Shown here: in pieces, positions 58,001-64,000 of the stretch
Numbering within the stretch: the first letter of the stretch is position 1
Layout: each line of letters begins with the position of its first letter
Virus record (IMG/VR): IMGVR_UViG_3300030019_000003
Coordinates: 124,001 to 188,000 of that record
Direction: 5' to 3' (one strand)
DNA length: 64,000 nt
Translations under genes and position numbers: made by a program
Notes under the pieces: model-generated
What the model was told of the DNA's origin: nothing
The model's input: the letters and a program-made list of their open reading frames with translations, nothing else
Database searches by the model: none

Positions 58001-60463
58001 TGTTTTAAAGTCAGTAATGGTTTTATTTTTAAACTCATTACTTCCAAAAAACTCAGCACGAAAGTTTCTTAATTTGCTAAAGTCAAATTTAGGTCTATCA
58101 ATATACCTTTCTTTAATCTGTGAGAATAATCCAGTTTTTGGAGTAGTCTCTGGTTTTTTAACTTCTGGTTCAACAAGTTTCTCAATCTCATCTTGTTTAT
58201 ACCCTAATCCAGATAACCACTCTCCTAATGTTTTAGCATTGCCAAATTTATAAGCATCACTTGAGAAGAACGCCTCACGTAGGGATGTTCTGTTATTAGT
58301 ATCTGTAGCGTGTTTAGTACGTCTAGATTTTATTCTATCCAATAACCTATCACCTACAGTTGCTTGTTCTGCAACTTCTGGGCCAGTATTTAAAAATCCA
58401 CGTGCTGATTTAAGACCTTTTGTTATCTTACCATTCACAGTATTCTTTTTGGCATCTTCTTTAGCTTTAAGCTCAGCACGGTATTTTAATTCATTCTCGG
58501 TATCATAATTACTGATGTCGCCTATAGAATTTTTAAGTAACTCTTTTGTACTGTCCTGATTATACTTATAACCATCTGTACGAACATCAAACCCCATCGC
58601 ACCTAATCGTGTACCTACATCATTATATCCTAAATCATGTAGTTTACTTAAGGTAGCGTTAATATTAGGTATACCACTTTTGATACCTTTTAAATCATAA
58701 TGTATATAATCTAAATAGGAAGGATCTTCTTTGCCTTGATCAAGCATCTTAGTAATAGCAGAGGTTAGTTTATTTTTTAGTCTTCCTGTAAAGTTAACTA
58801 AAAATCTCTCTGAGACTAATGAGGATGGGGCTATAGACCCACCTGCTGTAAAATAAGACATCAAGCCTTTTTTAATACTTGTTTTCTCATTAGCACTAAG
58901 TTTAAGACCACCATCTGTTTCTAGTTTATTAATAAAACTTTCCATAGCCGGCGTAACATTTCTATTAACCGTTAATGCGATGTCTCTTTTTATATTATCA
59001 ACCATACCATCTGAGGTTGTAAACTTATTACGAGTATGATCATAATACAATTCGTGTTTATCAGGAGTTGAATCTTTTAGACGTAATGATTTAATCTCAC
59101 CGTAGATCTTACTTAATAATCCAGGTATAACCTTAACAACTGAATTCTTGGTTTTAACATCAAATTGTGCCGCATCATTAAGATTTTCAGTATTAAAATT
59201 AAGAGTATGCGTCCTATTTGGATTACTAAGATCGGCGAGTGTTCCAAAGATTCCTCTTTTAGCACCGGCAAGTAGACCATCACCTTTTGCAGAATAGGCT
59301 TGATTCTTGAAAAATTCATTAACATCCATACCCGCATTCTTAGCACCATAAACGGCTCTCTTGCCTAGATTAGTTTTACCTAGTTTATTGCCTGCTATAT
59401 TAGCCAGTTTATCTCTAGCAAACTGCCCGGCCATTTGACCAGCCATAAAACCTTTACCACCCATCATAGAGGAAGCATCATTAAGACCTTCACCCATCTC
59501 AGCCATATCACCGACACCACTTATGCCGTCTTTAAAGTTTTCAGCTGTTTCAGTAATAGTAGACATTAGGTTACGTTTTAAAGCCATCAACGGATTAATA
59601 TCAGAATAGAATAGATCTGTCACACCTTGACGTGATCTGTTCATCACAGATTCTTTTAATAACTCTGAGTTACGAGCTTTAATAACATCTGGTAATCCAG
59701 TGTTATGAATCATACTTTCAAATTGTGATTTAAAACCTATAAGACTAGATTTTAAAAGACTGAATTGTTCTTTGGCTATAAAAAGTGATTTGTACTTTAA
59801 TTCTAAATCTCTACGTTGGTATGCTGCCGTTATCTCAATATCGTATTTAAAACTTCTACCAGTATAAGATGAGATACTTGCAAGTATCTCATTAGTAGAC
59901 TTATAACGTTTTTCGTCGATACCTTCTTTAATAAGATCATCAATACGTTCTTTTTTATACTGCTCTCCGAATACTTCATTCATAGCAGTTGTAATCATTA
60001 CCGTTTCAGGATCAGGTTCATTTCTACCTCTACCTGTATCTTCAGTACCTAATTTACTTTTTATCTTTTCTATAATATTGCGTGTTAATCCAGATTTAGG
60101 GGCAATCCTATCCATTGCAGCTAAAGTGACTCTTGAAGTTTTCTTAACATCTGCAATAGAAGATTTAACTTTATCAGAAAGTTCATTATGAACAGATAGA
60201 ATATCGCTTATCTCAGAAGATAAAGATTTCGGCATCGCTTTGTTTGCTAAGTCAATTGCACCCTTAATACTAAGAGCTTCCTTACCAGCTTCTTTAAAAC
60301 CTTTTCCAACACTTTTGACAGATTTAGTAACAGCTTCTCTAGAGCCTGGTTCTGGCTCTTCAGCATCCATATCAAAAATATCGTCAAAGCCTTCTAAATC
60401 TTTCGACAGGCCTGCGTCATCGTCAATATCGAAATCTTCGATAGAGTCTTTTTTCTTCGCCAT
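55073..60463 (-). CDS. tail-associated lytic transglycosylase / tape-measure-like protein (phiKZ gp181-like)
   Basis: 1796 aa; SLT motifs AIESG, ASGLFQF, NAEANATMGAEFL, YLAHFLGAGG near C-terminus; divergent from beta-prime gene. Confidence 0.88.
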   Translation of the reverse strand: MAKKKDSIEDFDIDDDAGLSKDLEGFDDIFDMDAEEPEPGSREAVTKSVKSVGKGFKEAGKEALSIKGAIDLANKAMPKSLSSEISDILSVHNELSDKVKSSIADVKKTSRVTLAAMDRIAPKSGLTRNIIEKIKSKLGTEDTGRGRNEPDPETVMITTAMNEVFGEQYKKERIDDLIKEGIDEKRYKSTNEILASISSYTGRSFKYDIEITAAYQRRDLELKYKSLFIAKEQFSLLKSSLIGFKSQFESMIHNTGLPDVIKARNSELLKESVMNRSRQGVTDLFYSDINPLMALKRNLMSTITETAENFKDGISGVGDMAEMGEGLNDASSMMGGKGFMAGQMAGQFARDKLANIAGNKLGKTNLGKRAVYGAKNAGMDVNEFFKNQAYSAKGDGLLAGAKRGIFGTLADLSNPNRTHTLNFNTENLNDAAQFDVKTKNSVVKVIPGLLSKIYGEIKSLRLKDSTPDKHELYYDHTRNKFTTSDGMVDNIKRDIALTVNRNVTPAMESFINKLETDGGLKLSANEKTSIKKGLMSYFTAGGSIAPSSLVSERFLVNFTGRLKNKLTSAITKMLDQGKEDPSYLDYIHYDLKGIKSGIPNINATLSKLHDLGYNDVGTRLGAMGFDVRTDGYKYNQDSTKELLKNSIGDISNYDTENELKYRAELKAKEDAKKNTVNGKITKGLKSARGFLNTGPEVAEQATVGDRLLDRIKSRRTKHATDTNNRTSLREAFFSSDAYKFGNAKTLGEWLSGLGYKQDEIEKLVEPEVKKPETTPKTGLFSQIKERYIDRPKFDFSKLRNFRAEFFGSNEFKNKTITDFKTWMEAQGISQDIDMNEFTKTVIKEQSEEVKKEEPILKAAKDKFKKVKVTKPEEVDQLKEEFFKSPEYQAGYIKDFKTWAENTGFDIKKDFMAFRKRQAKTNIKNAFSSARGLDSKLFHGAAGLAKTGIKTAFKIPYFAAKYGWKGAKGIGNILMSDKMKQLRGLDKKIIGNVPKAVGKVPAVLRGIGKLGKFGYKAAKGTVGGIGSILSLMLGFGGNAPDDTEEEPKVKKPTKDKNKDTKNPFDRDGSGKRDGDWRDRLGIFGKKPKASDTAIKTAGLTKDSSGIFDLLKMALPLLTGAMGKIFTIGASIWGVIKLLPALFGKFLPGLLKGAGSVLGFAGKAGTAVAGGVMGAYGAYKGVTGAGEVMSKAGSTGVKVAEAGGAALKVGEAGAEAGGLLAKLKPTKLLTMMESIKGKIIKKLGTIAGGRLAAVMTAKITARMVPFLGQAMIAYDIFSITKLMASDNLTLSGAITEHYFGFNIDDPSDPILDENGNPIKPDEDLDVKYKDPSGANGGNGKDNVSSPQSEKDKKEKDKQSYYDKVKDYMTSFKSKAGAAYDSAKTSVKETASNIADKASSAYDSVKSGVGNFFSTGSFNNNAVKGDKSKILEMLDGVALKTGVNANILKTFAAIESGLNPNDKAGTSSASGLFQFLNSTWATMLQKYGSKYGIDKSTSPFNAEANATMGAEFLKENAKVIEKVKPNPNVTDLYLAHFLGAGGATKFLKAPPDAIGADMMPKEAKANDSIFYTNKGKGRARSISEIYTELESRLVSRASEYGFSPGAQPANNTSDTNSTTSDVNGNTPVGPTTPTPSDAGSSTNNTDTAPTSSTPPVPSDAGAGKPAGNTSAPITDVPTVNPSSPTAGIADAVNKTQTPDTTFNAKSDVAKLEIAGDSNSNLKTISGTLTRSLDTQTKMVNLLEQLVASNASLLNKTLSMNSDNGNTSETGNTPVNNTSKQPMSTDMGTPAVNLKRKTTW

Positions 60464-60523
60464 ATGACCTCCTTAATTTCTGTGTACATGATTCCATGAA
60501 TATTAACTTAATATCAAGGAAAC

Positions 60524-62656
60524 GTGATGATATTACAGAGATTTATAAAGAATCCCAGCACATTTAACATAGAACTACTATTAGTTTTGACTCCTGAAAA
60601 CTCTAGGATGTTGAAAGAAGTAAAGAAACCTACTATATTTGAACCTAATACGCAAGTGTTTGATAAAGAAGGATTATTTTCTACAGAAATATTTGGTCCA
60701 GTTGGATCTACTATGCGTAAAGTTTTACCGGGCTATATTGATTTAGGGGTATCTGTTATTCACCCTGAGATATATGATTCTATATCACAACTTGGATCAA
60801 TTTACGCTAGCATCATGTCAGGTGAACAAAGAGTAAGATACAATAAGATTACACGTAACTTTGATCCTGTCACAGATGAGGAAGAAGGACAAACAGGTTA
60901 TAAGTATTTTCTAGATCATTACTTCGCAGGTAAGATTTCTTTTATGGAGAATGATAGTAGTAAGCGACAGTATAACTTAAAAATAGTTGAAAACGGAATG
61001 GATGTTACCAAAACGATTACTAAAATGATCGTGTTGCCAGCAGGACTTAGAGATTATACCATTAACAAGTCTGGAAGGGGTGAAGAAGACGAAGTTAATA
61101 CTCTCTATAGAAAAGTACTCGCCATTACGAGTATGGTTAAAAACACCACTCTAGATGATGATAACTTAGCACTACTTGATCCGATGCGTTTTAGATTACA
61201 GATGGCGTTTAACGAGATCTATAATCACTTTGCCGATCTTATGGATGGTAAGAATAAATTCTTACAAAGTAAATTTTCAAAACGTGCTATCATGTTTGGT
61301 ACACGTAATGTTATTACATCAACACCTAACTATATTACAGATTTAAAATCTCCGACCAAAACAGGTGTGAACCATACGATTGTTGGTATTTATCAATTTA
61401 TAAAAAGTATAACACCTATTGCTGCTAATAAGGTTATTAACATTTTTATTAGTCGATTTATGAACCCAACAACTAACACGGCAATATTAGTTAACCCCAA
61501 AACAATGAAAACTGAAATTGTTGATATTCCTGTTAAAAAGAGAGATGACTGGATATCGTTAGACGGATTAAATAATCTGTTTAATAAATTTGCACAAGAT
61601 AGTTTTAAAAGTTTACCTGTTAAGATTAATGGTTATTATCTTATGCTAATTTACGATGACGGTAAAAATGTTAAGTACTATTTTAACACCGATGATATTG
61701 ATGAAAAAACAGATAGAAAGTATATCAGGCCTATTACCTATATTGAGCTTGTTTACATGGCGATATACGATGTTAAAGATAAATACCCAGCATTCTTAAC
61801 ACGTTATCCTGTCGCTGCTCTGGGCGGTATCTATCCAAGTTATCAATACGTTAAAACAACTATAAACGGTAGAACTGTTAACTTTAGTATGGACAACATT
61901 TCTAAAACAGTTTATGAGTATCCTAAACTAGGTGATGAGTACGTTAACTCTATGTCAATTTCACAATACCATCTAAAGCGAGCTGGCGCAGATTATGATG
62001 GCGATATGATGAGCAGTAATGGGCTATTAACAGCAGAGTCTATAGCTGAAGTAAAAAGGATTCTTAATACAAAAGAATACTATATTACTCCAGACGGTGA
62101 AGCTACCTATACTATAGCTACAGATACTTTAGAATATGTTATGGCTCATTTATCAGATACTAGTCTATTATCTAAGGTATATCAATTTCAAGAGCTAACA
62201 GATTTCATACCTGTTGATAAACTTTGCACCGCTTTAACAAAAATTTATAATACTTCTTTTGGTCATAATGAAACTGTAGAAACATTTAAAAAATGGTTAG
62301 AGACACGAATATACCGAGAAGGTGATGAAGTTGATGTTGTTGCTAATGGTAAAGGTGATATATACGGATATGGTAGATACCGAGAATTTAATAAAGGTAC
62401 AGAGATTTACTCACCTCTTTCTAAAACTAAGAGATATGGTTTTATTTCAGATCTAGCCAGTGTTGTTAAAGGAACTGGTACTAAGATACTAAACCATATA
62501 TTAACCGAAGTAGATACTAAGAAAATAGATGTGATGCTTTTAGCTAGAACTGAAAGTCTTATACCTTACTATGAGAAATTTGGATTTAAAGTTGTTGATG
62601 CTAAAGGTGTCAATGTAAAGATAACTAAACCTTTGATGGTGAGGTACGCACAGTAA
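60524..62656 (+). CDS. virion RNA polymerase beta-prime catalytic subunit (phiKZ gp180-like) fused to a C-terminal GNAT-like domain
   Basis: GLFSTEIFG, LPAGLRD, GTRNVIT, RYP and catalytic ADYDGD (61988-62005); extra ~165 aa with KGTGTKIL and YYEKFGF. Confidence 0.9.
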   Translation: MMILQRFIKNPSTFNIELLLVLTPENSRMLKEVKKPTIFEPNTQVFDKEGLFSTEIFGPVGSTMRKVLPGYIDLGVSVIHPEIYDSISQLGSIYASIMSGEQRVRYNKITRNFDPVTDEEEGQTGYKYFLDHYFAGKISFMENDSSKRQYNLKIVENGMDVTKTITKMIVLPAGLRDYTINKSGRGEEDEVNTLYRKVLAITSMVKNTTLDDDNLALLDPMRFRLQMAFNEIYNHFADLMDGKNKFLQSKFSKRAIMFGTRNVITSTPNYITDLKSPTKTGVNHTIVGIYQFIKSITPIAANKVINIFISRFMNPTTNTAILVNPKTMKTEIVDIPVKKRDDWISLDGLNNLFNKFAQDSFKSLPVKINGYYLMLIYDDGKNVKYYFNTDDIDEKTDRKYIRPITYIELVYMAIYDVKDKYPAFLTRYPVAALGGIYPSYQYVKTTINGRTVNFSMDNISKTVYEYPKLGDEYVNSMSISQYHLKRAGADYDGDMMSSNGLLTAESIAEVKRILNTKEYYITPDGEATYTIATDTLEYVMAHLSDTSLLSKVYQFQELTDFIPVDKLCTALTKIYNTSFGHNETVETFKKWLETRIYREGDEVDVVANGKGDIYGYGRYREFNKGTEIYSPLSKTKRYGFISDLASVVKGTGTKILNHILTEVDTKKIDVMLLARTESLIPYYEKFGFKVVDAKGVNVKITKPLMVRYAQ

Positions 62657-63078
62657 TGGCAACGTTAGTAGAAATTGACAAACTTGATGTTAAATTTCTA
62701 AACAACCTTGATAGTGAACGTTTTGATAGGAGATATGCCTGTAACGATAGCGGACAAGTCTATTTGATTAAACAAGATGGTGGGAAGACATGGGTTGCGC
62801 AACCCATGTCACCCTTTGTCACTCGCGATGGTTATGTAGAATATGTTTTAACGTCTATAACTAAAAGAAAGATACATATACAGGCGCAACGTATCGTTGC
62901 TGGGTTATATTGTAAAAAGAAACCTGGTTGTAATTATGTTAATCATAAGAATGGTATTCGTTACGATAACCACTATAAGAATTTAGAGTGGGTTACCCAA
63001 TCTGATAATATTAAACATTCTTATAGAGTTTTAAGAACACGCTGGAATAGTAAAGCCAGTAAGTTTGAATTGTATTAA
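62656..63078 (+). CDS. HNH homing endonuclease (HNH_3/NUMOD4-type)
   Basis: QAQRIVA, VNHKNGIRYDNHYKNLEWVTQSDNIKH; TAATG coupling to RNAP stop. Confidence 0.85.
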   Translation: MATLVEIDKLDVKFLNNLDSERFDRRYACNDSGQVYLIKQDGGKTWVAQPMSPFVTRDGYVEYVLTSITKRKIHIQAQRIVAGLYCKKKPGCNYVNHKNGIRYDNHYKNLEWVTQSDNIKHSYRVLRTRWNSKASKFELY

Positions 63079-63088
63079 TTTTTGAACA

Positions 63089-63097
63089 TATATTATT
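63089..63097 (+). promoter_or_regulatory. putative early phage promoter
   Basis: TTTTTGAACATATATTATT. Confidence 0.55.
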
Positions 63098-63124
63098 AAC
63101 ATAGAACAGCTCAAAGGAACAGTA

Positions 63125-63442
63125 ATGTCTGTGAAGTTTGTTTGTGTCGATTGTAGTGAGATTTTTGAAGCAGCCTCTATAGAGGATATTGCTTTAAGAG
63201 AAAAAAGGTGCGGCTATTGCTATAGCTGTTATATACAAAGTAAACGTTCTGGCTTAAGAGATTTACAACTACGGAAGGAAAAGGTTATACATGTTGATGA
63301 TAAGCACAAATTAAAGCATATTTTCATATGTTCAAATTGTGGTACATCGACTAAGCCACTTTCAGTTCCACCTCATAAGTGTCCAGAGTGTTTTAAAAAA
63401 GCATTTAAAAAACAAAAGGAGTGCGTCCATGTTATTATTTAG
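63125..63442 (+). CDS. zinc-ribbon protein (four CxxC)
   Basis: CVDC, CYSC, CSNC, CPEC; AAAGGA RBS. Confidence 0.75.
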   Translation: MSVKFVCVDCSEIFEAASIEDIALREKRCGYCYSCYIQSKRSGLRDLQLRKEKVIHVDDKHKLKHIFICSNCGTSTKPLSVPPHKCPECFKKAFKKQKECVHVII

Positions 63443-63737
63443 CCAATTACCGCAAGAAGAAAGAACTGAGATTACAGACACGCTGAGCGAAAGATTTACA
63501 GAGTTATTAGAACACAATGTAAAAGACTTTAAAGTTGTTTCAACAATACCAATGGGCGAAGAGACAGCCTATGATTATGAATCTGCTAGCGAATTCTTAG
63601 ATATTGAAAATCTAAGCGAATTATCAAAAGACTGCTCTATTGAAGCATTAGTAAATCTTTTGTACTATCTCAGCGAGTCTAAAAACCTTACAGTTGCTTT
63701 GAACTTTGTTCCAGGTAACTTCATCGTTCTGGAATAA
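63429..63737 (+). CDS. acidic hypothetical protein
   Basis: AAAGGAG RBS before the ATG of MLLFSQ; frame of ORF-track call 63339..63737. Confidence 0.6.
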   Translation: MLLFSQLPQEERTEITDTLSERFTELLEHNVKDFKVVSTIPMGEETAYDYESASEFLDIENLSELSKDCSIEALVNLLYYLSESKNLTVALNFVPGNFIVLE

Positions 63738-63742
63738 CTGCC

Positions 63743-64000
63743 ATGGTGTATGGTGATATACCTAGACCATTATCGGATACGTTTAAAAAACACATTACTG
63801 AAGCAGTTAATCGTATGGTAATGGATCAGCCAAATCTTATCATTGAGAGTGCTGAAGAAGAGGCGTTATTTAATCGTAAAGTCGCAGCTAGGTATTTAAA
63901 ACTAGCTCCGATAATGCCTTCTGGAAATGAACCTATTTATAATATTGTTTCTTCCCAACATCTTGCTGGGTTACAATATTATATCAGTACGTGTGGTGAC
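63743..64000 (+). CDS. hypothetical protein, truncated by window end
   Basis: Read manually: open frame of 86 codons MVYGDIPRPLSDTF... Confidence 0.55.
   Translation, partial: MVYGDIPRPLSDTFKKHITEAVNRMVMDQPNLIIESAEEEALFNRKVAARYLKLAPIMPSGNEPIYNIVSSQHLAGLQYYISTCGD

Noticed and set aside
55137-58253. Several plus-strand ORFs up to 215 aa opposite the tail gene
   Set aside because: Shadows of biased Gly/Ala/Thr/Lys codons in the tail protein; no RBS or motifs
1-64000. Stop-codon reassignment
   Set aside because: Core genes are full length under the standard code and TAA, TAG and TGA all occur as real stops
1-64000. Host identity
   Set aside because: Low GC and AAGGA-type RBS are not diagnostic; no host-derived marker gene is present

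Overview
64 kb of an AT-rich phiKZ-like jumbo phage genome (Chimalliviridae-type), with no host chromosomal genes, tRNAs or CRISPR arrays seen. Recognisable blocks: terminase large subunit split by an ORF-less group I intron; SbcD nuclease and the gp68-like/PicA-like/gp70-like/nvRNAP beta block; DnaB helicase, major capsid protein, second nvRNAP beta subunit, portal and gp130-like protein; vRNAP beta C-terminal subunit, UvsX/RecA, RNase HI, RuvC; tail lytic transglycosylase and catalytic vRNAP beta-prime. phiKZ gene numbers are from recalled motifs, sizes and synteny, not a database search. Most unusual observations: (1) an RNase H gene apparently invaded at its active-site codons by a free-standing endonuclease, leaving the old 5' end stranded upstream and a divergent replacement 5' end in frame with the endonuclease tail; (2) a virion RNA polymerase beta-prime subunit fused to a GNAT acetyltransferase-like domain; (3) a ~0.9 kb ORF-free, promoter-led, densely base-paired locus that looks like one to three unclassified ncRNAs; (4) a Walker-A-degenerate paralog of the terminase ATPase domain; (5) a 14-nt motif directly after the stop codons of three genes; (6) an ADP-ribosyltransferase-like gene plus two weak NADAR-like paralogs.
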